A stretch of DNA of 32,000 nucleotides from Verrucomicrobiaceae bacterium E54 (GTDB lineage Bacteria > Verrucomicrobiota > Verrucomicrobiia > Verrucomicrobiales > Akkermansiaceae), in NCBI GenBank assembly GCA_022548915.1, contig JAKZES010000030.1:22207-54206 (forward strand), written 5' to 3'. Below the pieces are notes generated by a model. It ran no database searches and was not told where the DNA came from. It saw only the letters and a list, made by a program, of their open reading frames with translations. Position numbers and translations under genes: made by a program. Every line of letters starts with the position of its first letter. Position 1 is the stretch's first letter. Below, one piece after another: positions 16,002-24,186 of the stretch.

Positions 16002-16035
16002 TCCCCATCGTAATCCCCATCGAAATCCGATACCC
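15988..16035. repeat. 12-bp tandem repeat, three copies plus a degenerate fourth (AATCCCCATCGT)
   Basis: The units are aatccccatcgt / aatccccatcgt / aatccccatcga / aatccgataccc. The array overlaps the stop codon (15999-16001) of the four-helix-bundle gene. Confidence 0.8.
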
Positions 16036-16068
16036 GCCTCAATAGCCCGCACTTCCTTTCACCGTCTT

Positions 16069-16096
16069 CGATTGCGATCCCGATTGCGATTGCGAG
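16069..16096. repeat. 12-bp tandem repeat, about 2.3 copies (CGATTGCGATCC)
   Basis: The units are cgattgcgatcc / cgattgcgattg / cgag. GAUUGCGAU is complementary (with one G-U pair) to AUCGUAAUC in the 15988 array, so the two arrays can form a bipartite stem. Confidence 0.7.
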
Positions 16097-16117
16097 TGAA
16101 TCGCCATTTGTCACCCC

Positions 16118-19100
16118 ATGTTCAGCCTCTTCTTCATCAAGCGACCGGTCTTTGCCGCGGTCATCTCGATCGTCATCACGGTGATCGGCGCGGTGTCCCT
16201 GCTCAACCTGCCGGTTTCCCGCTACCCGAATCTCGCGCCGCCGACGATCTCGATCTCCGCCTTCTACCCCGGTGCCGACGCCCGGACGGTTTCCGACACG
16301 GTCGCCGCGACCATCGAGAAGGAGGTCAACGGCGTCGAGGGCATGATCTACATGTCCTCGGTTTGCGGCAACGACGGCAGCATGAGCCTGACCGTCACCT
16401 TCGAACCCGGCACCGATCTCGACACCGCCAACGTGCTCGTCCAGAACCGCGTCGCCAAGGCCGAGCCACGCCTGCCGGAGGAGGTCAAGCGCACCGGCGT
16501 GACCGTGCGCAAGCGCTCGACCGACACGGTGATGTTCATCGGGCTGACCTCGCCCAGCGGCGTTTACGACGCCGCCTATCTCTCCAACTACGCCAACCTG
16601 CGAATGCGAGACGAACTGTCGCGCGTTCCCGGCGTCGGCGACGTCACCGTGTTCGGCGTCGGTGAGTTCAGCATGCGGGTGTGGCTCGACCCCGACCTCC
16701 TGCGCGCGCGGAACCTCGCCGCCACCGACGTGCTCGCGGCGATCCGCGAGCAGAACATTCAGGTCGCCGCCGGCCGCATCGGCGGTGCGCCGACCACCCC
16801 CGGCACCGCCTTCGAGTACATCCTCTCGACCCAGGGCCGGCTCTCCGAGGTCGAGGAGTTTGAGAACATCATCGTCCGCACCGGCGACGAGGGCGGCACG
16901 ATCCGCCTGCGCGACGTCGCCCGCGTCGAACTCGGCTCCGACACCTACTCCTTCAGCTCCAAGCTCAACGGCGTGCCCGGCACCACCTTCGCCATCTATC
17001 AGATTCCCGGTACCAACCTGATCGACGTCGCCGCCGGCGTGCGGGAGAAGCTCGCCGAGTTGGCGAAAAGCTTCCCCGGCGACCCCGAAGCAGAGGTTCG
17101 CGATGTCGAGGCCAAGGTCGTTTACGACGCCACCGATGTGATCACGGCCTCGATCAAGGAGGTGGTGATCACCCTCTTCGCCACCCTCATCCTTGTCGTC
17201 CTCACCGTCTTCCTCTTCCTCCAGAACGCCCGCGCGACCCTGATTCCCACCATCACCATCCCGGTGGCTCTCATCGGCACCTTCGCGGTGCTGCTGGCGA
17301 TGGGATTCTCGCTCAACATCCTCACCCTCTTCGGCTTGGTGCTGGTGATCGGCATCGTCGTCGACGACGCGATCATCGTCGTCGAGAACACCTTCGTGCA
17401 CCTCGAAAAGGGGCTTTCCGGCAAGGAAGCCGCCGCCGCCGCGATGAAGGAGGTTTCGGGTCCGGTCGTCGCCACCACCCTGGTGCTGCTCGCCGTCTTC
17501 GTGCCGACCGCCACCATGACCGGGATCACCGGCACGATGTTCAAGCAGTTCGCCGCCACCATCGCCATCGCCACCGTCTTCAGCTCGATCAACGCGCTCA
17601 CGCTCAGCCCCGCCCTGTGCGGCATTCTGCTCAAGCCGGGCAACAAGGAGCCCCGCGGCCTCTTCAAGGCCTTCAACCGCTCGATCGAGGCGTCCAACTC
17701 GGGCTACCGCAAGGTCGTCCGCCTCGCGCTGCGCTTCGCACCGATCGGTGTGGCCGCCTTCATCGCCATGACCGGTGGCTCGATCCTCGGGCTCGGCAGC
17801 CTGCCCACCGGCTTCGTCCCGCAGGAGGACGAGGGCTACTGCATGGTGGCGGTGCAGCTTCCCGACGGTGCCACGCTCGACCGGACCCTGGACGTGATGG
17901 CGAAGGTCGAGAAGATCGTCGCCGACACCGAGGGGACCGTCGACTGCCTCTCGATCGCCGGCTACTCGGTCATCGACGGCGCCGCCGGGGCCAACAACGG
18001 CTTCTGCGTGGTGACCTTCAAAAACTGGAGCGAACGCGGCGATCCCGAACTCCACCAATCCGCCATCCTCCAGAAGCTCCAGCAGAAGCTGTTCTCGATC
18101 CAGGAGGCCGGGGCCTTCGCCTTCGCCATGCCCTCGCTCCCCGGCGTCGGCGTCTCGGGTGGCTTCACCTTCATGCTCCAGGACAAGGAGGGCGCGGGTC
18201 TCGACCAGCTGCAGGCGGTCGCCGGCGAACTCATTGCCACCGGCAACGCCGACCCGGGCCTGGCCGGCGTGCGCACCACCTTCCGGGCCAGCGTGCCGCA
18301 GATCTACGTCGATATCGACCGCGAGCAGGTCAAGCGCTCCGGCGCTTCCATGACCGAGGTTTTCAACACGATGCAGGTCCACCTCGGCTCGGCCTATGTC
18401 AACGACTTCACCCTCTTCGGCCGGGTGTTCAAGGTCACCGCCCAGGCCGACGCGCCCTTCCGCGACCAGCCCGACGACATCGATGCGCTGCAGGTGCGGG
18501 GGAAAGACGGTCGCATGATCCCGCTCGGTGCCGTCGCCGAACTGAGGGACACGCTCGGTCCGCAGAGCGTGACCCGCTTCAACATGCTGCCCGCTGTGAA
18601 GATCCTCGGGGATCCCGCGCCCGGCTTCAGCTCCGGTGAGGCGATGAACCGGATGGAGACCATCGCCAACACCACCCTGCCACCCTCGATGACCTTCTCG
18701 TGGTCGGAACTCTCGTTTCAGCAAAAGCAGGCGGCGGCCGGTCTCGCAGCCATCTTCGGCTTCGCCATCCTCATGGTCTATCTGGTCCTCGCCGCGCAGT
18801 ATGAGAGCTGGACGCTGCCGATCTCGGTGTGCCTTTCCGTCCCGACCGCTCTGCTGGGGGCCGTGGTCGCGATCAAGATGCGCGGCATGGAGAACAACGT
18901 CTATACCCAGATCGGGATCATTCTCTTGATCGCGATGGCGACAAAGACCGCCATCCTGCTGACCGAGTTCGCCAAGGTGAAGCGCGACGAGGGCCTCAGC
19001 ATCTTCGACTCCGCCGTCGAATCGGTCCGGTTGCGCTTCCGCGCGGTCATGATGACCGCCCTCTCCTTCGTCCTCGGCGTCATTCCCCTGCTCATCGCCT

Positions 19101-19252
19101 CGGGTGCCGGTGCGGAGTCGCGCAAGGTGCTCGGCACCGCCGTCTTCGGCGGCATGCTCGCCGCCACCGCCGTCTCCCTCGCCGCGGTGCCGATGCTCTA
19201 CTACGTCGTCCAGAGCATCAGCGAGCGCCTCGGCAGGAAGAAGGAATCGTGA
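16118..19252 (+). CDS. RND multidrug efflux transporter permease (HAE1/AcrB family)
   Basis: The 1044-aa product has an AcrB-like N-terminus (MFSLFFIKRPVFAAVISIVITVIGAVSLLNLPVSRYPNLAPPTISI), 12-TM architecture and two large periplasmic loops. Confidence 0.9.
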   Translation: MFSLFFIKRPVFAAVISIVITVIGAVSLLNLPVSRYPNLAPPTISISAFYPGADARTVSDTVAATIEKEVNGVEGMIYMSSVCGNDGSMSLTVTFEPGTDLDTANVLVQNRVAKAEPRLPEEVKRTGVTVRKRSTDTVMFIGLTSPSGVYDAAYLSNYANLRMRDELSRVPGVGDVTVFGVGEFSMRVWLDPDLLRARNLAATDVLAAIREQNIQVAAGRIGGAPTTPGTAFEYILSTQGRLSEVEEFENIIVRTGDEGGTIRLRDVARVELGSDTYSFSSKLNGVPGTTFAIYQIPGTNLIDVAAGVREKLAELAKSFPGDPEAEVRDVEAKVVYDATDVITASIKEVVITLFATLILVVLTVFLFLQNARATLIPTITIPVALIGTFAVLLAMGFSLNILTLFGLVLVIGIVVDDAIIVVENTFVHLEKGLSGKEAAAAAMKEVSGPVVATTLVLLAVFVPTATMTGITGTMFKQFAATIAIATVFSSINALTLSPALCGILLKPGNKEPRGLFKAFNRSIEASNSGYRKVVRLALRFAPIGVAAFIAMTGGSILGLGSLPTGFVPQEDEGYCMVAVQLPDGATLDRTLDVMAKVEKIVADTEGTVDCLSIAGYSVIDGAAGANNGFCVVTFKNWSERGDPELHQSAILQKLQQKLFSIQEAGAFAFAMPSLPGVGVSGGFTFMLQDKEGAGLDQLQAVAGELIATGNADPGLAGVRTTFRASVPQIYVDIDREQVKRSGASMTEVFNTMQVHLGSAYVNDFTLFGRVFKVTAQADAPFRDQPDDIDALQVRGKDGRMIPLGAVAELRDTLGPQSVTRFNMLPAVKILGDPAPGFSSGEAMNRMETIANTTLPPSMTFSWSELSFQQKQAAAGLAAIFGFAILMVYLVLAAQYESWTLPISVCLSVPTALLGAVVAIKMRGMENNVYTQIGIILLIAMATKTAILLTEFAKVKRDEGLSIFDSAVESVRLRFRAVMMTALSFVLGVIPLLIASGAGAESRKVLGTAVFGGMLAATAVSLAAVPMLYYVVQSISERLGRKKES

Positions 19253-19330
19253 TGCAGCGCGTCTCCGGTCGCCCCCCGGCATGCCGGGAAGATCCGGACA
19301 GACAACCCGTCCCGGCCCCACCCGCGGCCC

Positions 19331-19376
19331 GGTCCCGAAGGGACCACCCATCCCAGCCGGGGCGCTTCAGCCCCCG
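19331..19376. repeat. REP-like element, left copy, flanking the RAYT gene
   Basis: GGTCCCGAAGGGACC forms one hairpin and GGGGCgcttcaGCCCC forms a second. 42 of 46 positions match the reverse complement of 19950-19995. Confidence 0.75.
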
Positions 19377-19438
19377 TGAACACGGCCTCGCACCGGATTT
19401 TCGTCGCGATGCGACGACCCAACTCTGTATGCTTCTCC

Positions 19439-19891
19439 ATGGCTTCAACCCTCACGCAGCTTCTCTATCATGGCATCTGGTCAACCAAGGACCGTGCACC
19501 TCTCATCACCCGGGCAATCGAAGAGAATGTGTGGAAGATCCTCGCATCCGTCGCCACCCACAACGAGATACATGTCATCCGCGCCGGAGGCATCGACGAC
19601 CACGTCCATGTCTTGATGCGAATCCCGAAGACGATGTCCGTGGCGGACGCGATGCGCCGGATCAAGGGAGGCTCTGCAAAGTACATCAACGAAGAACGCC
19701 TGTGCCAGGGCCGGTTCGGGTGGCAGGATGGATACGGCGCGTTCAGCGTCAGCGCATCGTCGGTTCCAGCGGTGACTGCCTACATCGCCAGCCAACGCGA
19801 TCACCACAGAATGCGGGGATTTCAGGACGAGTTCCTCGACTTCCTCGAGAAGCACGGCGTCGAATACGATGAACGCTACGTTTGGGGCTGA
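19439..19891 (+). CDS. REP-associated tyrosine transposase (IS200/IS605 TnpA-like Y1 HUH enzyme)
   Basis: Shows the IS200-like fold signature LLYHGIWSTKDR, the HUH motif HVHVL and a catalytic Tyr context YIASQ (Y-x3-Q). ATG at 19439; the track start at 19376 lies inside the left REP. No tnpB is adjacent. Confidence 0.8.
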   Translation: MASTLTQLLYHGIWSTKDRAPLITRAIEENVWKILASVATHNEIHVIRAGGIDDHVHVLMRIPKTMSVADAMRRIKGGSAKYINEERLCQGRFGWQDGYGAFSVSASSVPAVTAYIASQRDHHRMRGFQDEFLDFLEKHGVEYDERYVWG

Positions 19892-19949
19892 GCCGGATTG
19901 CCACGGATGTCTCGTCGGTTCCCGACGAAAATGCCTCTACCGACTCGAC

Positions 19950-19995
19950 CGGGGGCTGAAGCGCCCCGGCTTGGATGAACGGTCCCTTCGGGACC
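19950..19995. repeat. REP-like element, right copy (inverted)
   Basis: CGGGGGCTGAAGCGCCCCGGCTTGGATGAACGGTCCCTTCGGGACC is the inverted partner of 19331-19376. Confidence 0.75.
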
Positions 19996-19996
19996 A

Positions 19997-20017
19997 CCTC
20001 GGCTTGGAGCGCCGAGG
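19997..20017. terminator. GC-rich hairpin between convergent genes (possible bidirectional terminator)
   Basis: CCTCGGC-ttggagc-GCCGAGG gives a 7-bp stem. It lies between the RAYT gene (+) and the GT4-phosphoesterase gene (-). There is no clear U-run. Confidence 0.3.
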
Positions 20018-20083
20018 CACCAAGGATCCCTCAAGGCATCAGATCGCCTCGGCCCGCTCACACCCTGACGGCTCCTCCCCCAC

Positions 20084-22048
20084 TCACGCGGGAAGGCCGA
20101 TCTTGAGGTCCGGACCCACCCTGCGTTCCTCCCGACTCCCCTCCCGTGCCTCCCTCGCCAACTCCTCAATGAAGTCCTCGTAGCGAAGGAGCTCGAGGCG
20201 CCCGTCGTGGTGCTCGACGATGGCGGTGAGACTTTCGACCCAGTCGCCCGAGTTCAGGTAGCGCACCCCCTCGATCTCCTTGTCCTCGGGCGTGTGGATG
20301 TGTCCGCAGATGATCCCATCGCACTGTCGCCGCCGCGCATACTGCTGGAGCTGCTGCTCGTAGTTGTCGACGAAGCTCACCGCCGACTTCACCCGCGCCT
20401 TCACCTTCTTGCTGAGCGAGAAGTAGTCCTTCCCCATCCAGGCCCGGTAGCGATTGTAGCCCCGGTTGATCTTGAGCAGCGTGTCGTAGCCGATCGCTCC
20501 GAGCCACGCCAGCCAGCGGTGGTTGGTCGAGACGCTGTCGAAGCCATCCCCGTGGACCACCAGATAGCGTTTCCCGTCCGGTCCCTGGTGGATGTGCTCC
20601 TTGACGAACTGGATCCGCCCGAAACCCAGCGGCAAAAAGCGGTCGAGGATGTCGTCGTGATTGCCGCGGCAGTAGATCACCTGGGTCTCGTCCTTTTCCA
20701 TCTTCTTCAGCACCTTACGGATGAAGCGGCTGTGGCGCTTGCGCCATTTCGACCCGCGGCGCAGGGCCCAGCCGTCGATGATGTCGCCGTTCAGGACCAG
20801 CTTGTCGCAGCGGGTGTGCTTGAGGAAATCGGTGACCTCGTGGACCTTGGAGTCGGGCGTGCCGAGGTGGATGTCCGATAGGAAGATCGTGCGGTAGTCG
20901 CGACGCTTGAAGCGACGCTTCAGCTTCCGTGTGACCGGGGATGGACCCGCCGCTTCGGAAATCTCCCGGAGCTTGCCTTCGAAGACATCGATCACCTGGT
21001 CCCAACCGAGCGACAGGACCGAGTCCCGCGCACCCGCCCGCATCTCACCCCGCCAGTGCCTCAGGGCATCCACCGCGAGCTCGGCATACTGGGTCGAATC
21101 ACCCTTCACGGCCTTGAGCCCGTTGCTGCCGTGCGCGACATACTTTGCCGCTGCGGCATAGTCGTAGCTGACGGTCACGAGACCCGACGCCATGCCCTCG
21201 AGCAGGACATTTCCGAAGGTCTCGGTCTCACTCGGAAAGAGCAGGATGTCGGCCGAAGCGTAGTGCCGCGCCAGGTCCTCACCCGTGCGCACACCCGCGA
21301 AATGGACGTGCCGGTTCCGCGCCTCGAGTGCCTCGCGACTCGGGCCGTCGCCGACGCAGACGCAGCGGAGATCGGGGACCTTCGCCCGCATGCGACGGAA
21401 GCACTCCATCGCCAGCGAAAGATTCTTCTCCGGAGCCAGCCGTCCGACGACGATGGCCACCGGCGATCCCTCCCGCACACCCCATTGCGCGCGCAGGGCC
21501 GCGCAGCGTTTGGAGGGAGCATAAAGTTTGGTGTCCACTCCCCGACCGAGAAGCGTCACGTTGTTGAAACCCTCGTGGTCGAGCATTTCGACCACATCAG
21601 CGGTCGGAGCCATGGTGACCGCCGCCCGACGATGGACCCGCTTGAGGTAGCTCATGGTCGCCGGTTGGAGACCGCCGAGGCGATACTGCTCCATGTACTG
21701 GTGGAAGTTGGTGTGAAAGCCGGCGGCAACGGGAATGCCGAGCAGGTTGGCCGCCTTGATCGCCGACATTCCCAGCGGACTCTCGGTCGCCACGTAGATG
21801 GCATCCGGACGCCGCTTCAGCCACCGGCGGCGCAGCTTGAAGGGCCCCGGCAGTCCGATTCGCACCTCCTTGTATCCCGGCAGGCGAATCGACCGCGCCC
21901 GGGTCTCGCCCTGTCTGCCCTCCCCGCCGGTGCGGATGATGTGGACCAAGTGGCCCCGGCTCCGCAGCCCCTCGCAAAGCCTGCCAAGGGTCATCGCGAC
22001 TCCATTGACGTCGGGAGCGAAGGTGTCCGTGACGATGTCGATTCTCAT
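20084..22048 (-). CDS. fusion protein: N-terminal GT4 glycosyltransferase (diacylglycerol glycosyltransferase-like) + C-terminal LpxH/PlcP-like metallophosphoesterase
   Basis: Residues ~1-365 start MRIDIVTDTFAPDVNGVAMTL (GT4 N-terminal domain) and include the E-x7-E motif ETFGNVLLE. Residues ~385-625 carry all calcineurin-like motifs: SDIHLG, NGDIIDG, RGNHDD, VVHGD, CGHIHTP. It is a single uninterrupted 654-aa ORF. Confidence 0.75.
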   Translation of the reverse strand: MRIDIVTDTFAPDVNGVAMTLGRLCEGLRSRGHLVHIIRTGGEGRQGETRARSIRLPGYKEVRIGLPGPFKLRRRWLKRRPDAIYVATESPLGMSAIKAANLLGIPVAAGFHTNFHQYMEQYRLGGLQPATMSYLKRVHRRAAVTMAPTADVVEMLDHEGFNNVTLLGRGVDTKLYAPSKRCAALRAQWGVREGSPVAIVVGRLAPEKNLSLAMECFRRMRAKVPDLRCVCVGDGPSREALEARNRHVHFAGVRTGEDLARHYASADILLFPSETETFGNVLLEGMASGLVTVSYDYAAAAKYVAHGSNGLKAVKGDSTQYAELAVDALRHWRGEMRAGARDSVLSLGWDQVIDVFEGKLREISEAAGPSPVTRKLKRRFKRRDYRTIFLSDIHLGTPDSKVHEVTDFLKHTRCDKLVLNGDIIDGWALRRGSKWRKRHSRFIRKVLKKMEKDETQVIYCRGNHDDILDRFLPLGFGRIQFVKEHIHQGPDGKRYLVVHGDGFDSVSTNHRWLAWLGAIGYDTLLKINRGYNRYRAWMGKDYFSLSKKVKARVKSAVSFVDNYEQQLQQYARRRQCDGIICGHIHTPEDKEIEGVRYLNSGDWVESLTAIVEHHDGRLELLRYEDFIEELAREAREGSREERRVGPDLKIGLPA

Positions 22049-22234
22049 CTGATTACTTAAGATTGCTTAACCAACGGATTCGTTTATCTCCCCAAGCACC
22101 CGTGCGTCGCATCCCAAAGCGGGGGCGATTTCGTCACATCCGGAATTTCGTGCCGGCCCGGACTCCCGTCGTTTCGGGCGGCGCGGATGGAATTCGCACT
22201 TCGCAGATTCAGCACCCCGCCTACACTACGCGCC

Positions 22235-23320
22235 ATGTCCTCCAGCTTCGGTCAGCTCTTCCGCATCCATACCTTCGGAGAATCCCACGGAGGCGGTGTG
22301 GGCGTGATCATCGACGGCTGCCCGCCCCGGGTGCCGCTCAGCGTCGAGGACATTCAGCGGGAGCTCGATCGGCGCCGGCCCGGCCAATCGGAGATCGTCA
22401 CCCCGCGCGACGAGGCCGACTCGGCAACCATCCTCTCCGGCGTGCAGGACGGCATCACCCTGGGCACCCCGATCGCGGTGGTCGTGGCCAACAAGGACCA
22501 GCGCCCGGGCTCCTACGATGAGATGGCCGTCAAATACCGCCCGTCGCACGCCGACTACACCTACGACGCCAAATACGGAGTCCGCTCCATCTCCGGTGGC
22601 GGGCGCGCCTCGGCACGGGAAACGATTGGCCGCGTCGCGGCGGCGGCGGTTGCCCGCAAGGTGATCGCGAGTCTCGTGCCCGAGTTGGAAATTCTCGCCT
22701 GGGTCAGCCGGATCCACGACATCGAGGCCCGGGTCGATGCCTCGTCCGTGACCCTCGACCAGATCGAGTCGAACATCGTCCGCACCGGCGACCCCGAGGC
22801 CGCCGAACGGATGATCGAGCGGATCAAGCAAGTCCGGTCGGAGGGAAATTCGATCGGCGGTGTGGTCGAGTGCGTCGTGCGCCACTGTCCGCCGGGCCTC
22901 GGTGAACCGGTCTTCGACAAGCTCGAGGCTGAATTGGCCCGGGCGATGATGTCCCTCCCGGCGACCAAGGGTTTCGAGATCGGTTCGGGTTTCGCCGGAA
23001 CCTACATGACCGGCAGCGAGCACAACGATCCGTTCCGAATCGTCGACGGCAGGGTCCGCACCACCAGCAACCGCTCCGGGGGCATCCAGGGCGGCATCTC
23101 CAACGGCGAGGACATCGTGTTCCGCGTCGGCTTCAAGCCCACCGCCACCATCATGACGCATCAGGACACCGTCACCAGCGGGGGTGAAAACACCGAACTC
23201 AAGGGCAAGGGCCGCCACGATGCCTGCGTGCTGCCCCGCGCCGTCCCGATGGTCGACAACATGGCCGCCCTCGTGATCTGCGACCACCTGCTCCGCCAGC
23301 GCGGCCAATGCGGGCTCTGA
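22235..23320 (+). CDS. aroC: chorismate synthase
   Basis: [32 protein letters not shown] and GGISNGE are canonical AroC motifs. ATG at 22235. Confidence 0.95.
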   Translation: MSSSFGQLFRIHTFGESHGGGVGVIIDGCPPRVPLSVEDIQRELDRRRPGQSEIVTPRDEADSATILSGVQDGITLGTPIAVVVANKDQRPGSYDEMAVKYRPSHADYTYDAKYGVRSISGGGRASARETIGRVAAAAVARKVIASLVPELEILAWVSRIHDIEARVDASSVTLDQIESNIVRTGDPEAAERMIERIKQVRSEGNSIGGVVECVVRHCPPGLGEPVFDKLEAELARAMMSLPATKGFEIGSGFAGTYMTGSEHNDPFRIVDGRVRTTSNRSGGIQGGISNGEDIVFRVGFKPTATIMTHQDTVTSGGENTELKGKGRHDACVLPRAVPMVDNMAALVICDHLLRQRGQCGL

Positions 23321-23336
23321 CCTCTGTCTTCTCCGC

Positions 23337-24116
23337 GTGGACTCCATTCCGCAAATCAGCCTCGGGACCGCCGCCCTGATCATCTTCGGCGCGATCGCCA
23401 GCCTCGCCATGCTGCGCGGACTCCTGCGGATCCTGTGGGGCACCTTGGTCCTGTGTCTCGCCGGCCTCGCCGCCTTCCTGTCATGGAAGTACGCGCCGGC
23501 GATCTCGCGCGAGGTTCTCGGGCACGAGGTGTCCGCGCTTTCATGGGTGCTGCCGCTGGCGGCGTTCGTTCTGTCGGCCGTGCTCCTGCGCTTGCTGGCG
23601 CAGGGTCTCTTCGCCCCCTTGCGAAAGCCCAACAAGGAGGTCGCCGAAAAGAACCGCCGGTCCCCGATCCGCTGGGCGTTCACCCTCCTCCTCAGTCTGA
23701 TCCCCACCGCCCTCCTGTGGTTTGGTGGCGCCACGATCCTGCGGCACGCGGGTTCGGTCGCCGAGATCCGCACCTTCGTCGAGTCGGGCGACATGCCGGA
23801 CCACACCGCCTTTCTCGCCGAGTTGAAGAAGAGCATCGATGTCGCCGTCCCCGCCGAATGGTTCTCGCGTCTCGACCCCCTCGCCGACGAAGCCCGGCTG
23901 AACCTTGCCAAGCTGATCTCCGTCGCCGATTACCCGCCACCCAAGGCGATCCCCGTCCTTGAGGAAACCCAGATCCGTGAACTGATCCTCGCCGATCCCG
24001 ACCTCCGCCAGCTCGCGAAGGATGGCCGCTATTCGGAGATCCTGCGCGACCCCCGCCTCGACCGCCTGCTCGAGAACGACAACCTCCGCCAGATCCTCTC
24101 CAACGCCGACCTCTAG
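23337..24116 (+). CDS. hypothetical integral membrane protein (about 4 TM helices + soluble C-terminal domain)
   Basis: GTG start. The hydrophobic segments are GTAALIIFGAIASLAML, LVLCLAGLAAFL, WVLPLAAFVLSAVLLRLL and FTLLLSLIPTALLWFGG. The N-terminus is possibly CvpA-like. The coding-strand choice is supported by codon bias relative to the antisense ORFs. Confidence 0.5.
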   Translation: MDSIPQISLGTAALIIFGAIASLAMLRGLLRILWGTLVLCLAGLAAFLSWKYAPAISREVLGHEVSALSWVLPLAAFVLSAVLLRLLAQGLFAPLRKPNKEVAEKNRRSPIRWAFTLLLSLIPTALLWFGGATILRHAGSVAEIRTFVESGDMPDHTAFLAELKKSIDVAVPAEWFSRLDPLADEARLNLAKLISVADYPPPKAIPVLEETQIRELILADPDLRQLAKDGRYSEILRDPRLDRLLENDNLRQILSNADL

Positions 24117-24135
24117 CACCCACCCAATTGTCCCC

Positions 24136-24183
24136 TTTCCCGAATTTCAGCGTTTCAGTCTTTCAGCGTTTCAGCATTTTCTC
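24136..24183. repeat. 8-bp periodic TTTC(AG) array abutting the gatB start codon
   Basis: The sequence is ctttcccgaa TTTCAGCG TTTCAGTC TTTCAGCG TTTCAGCA TTTTCTCC ccATG. Confidence 0.7.
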
Positions 24184-24186
24184 CCC

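Noticed and set aside
15988-16096. Possible CRISPR array or coding repeat (the minus-frame translation reads DFDGDYDGDYDGDF)
   Set aside because: The units are only 12 bp with no spacers. The repeat-encoded peptide belongs to the spurious antisense ORF. It is better explained as intergenic tandem repeats that form an RNA stem.
19275-19288. Palindrome CCCGGCATGCCGGG after the RND gene, considered as a terminator
   Set aside because: The stem is short, there is essentially no loop and no U-run follows. This is too weak to call.
15623-19351. 1242-aa ORF on the minus strand, antisense to the RND pump, MFP end and four-helix gene
   Set aside because: The translation is low-complexity and rich in Gly/Arg/Asp/Glu/His, which is typical of antisense frames in high-GC DNA. 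The plus strand encodes an unmistakable AcrB-family protein over the same span.
19376-19891. A complete IS200/IS605 insertion sequence
   Set aside because: There is no tnpB, the window holds only one copy, and the flanks are REP-like inverted hairpin pairs rather than the asymmetric IS200 subterminal hairpins. It is better called a RAYT locus.
19869-20183. 104-aa plus-strand ORF downstream of the RAYT gene
   Set aside because: It reads through the right REP element and the 3' end of the convergent GT4-phosphoesterase gene, and it shows no motifs.
22226-23911. 561-aa minus-strand ORF overlapping aroC and the membrane protein gene, and the similar 21056..22060 (+), 14368..15513 (-), 2363..3694 (+) and 184..1155 (-) ORFs
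   Set aside because: Each is antisense to a well-supported gene. Their composition is typical of GC-rich shadow ORFs.
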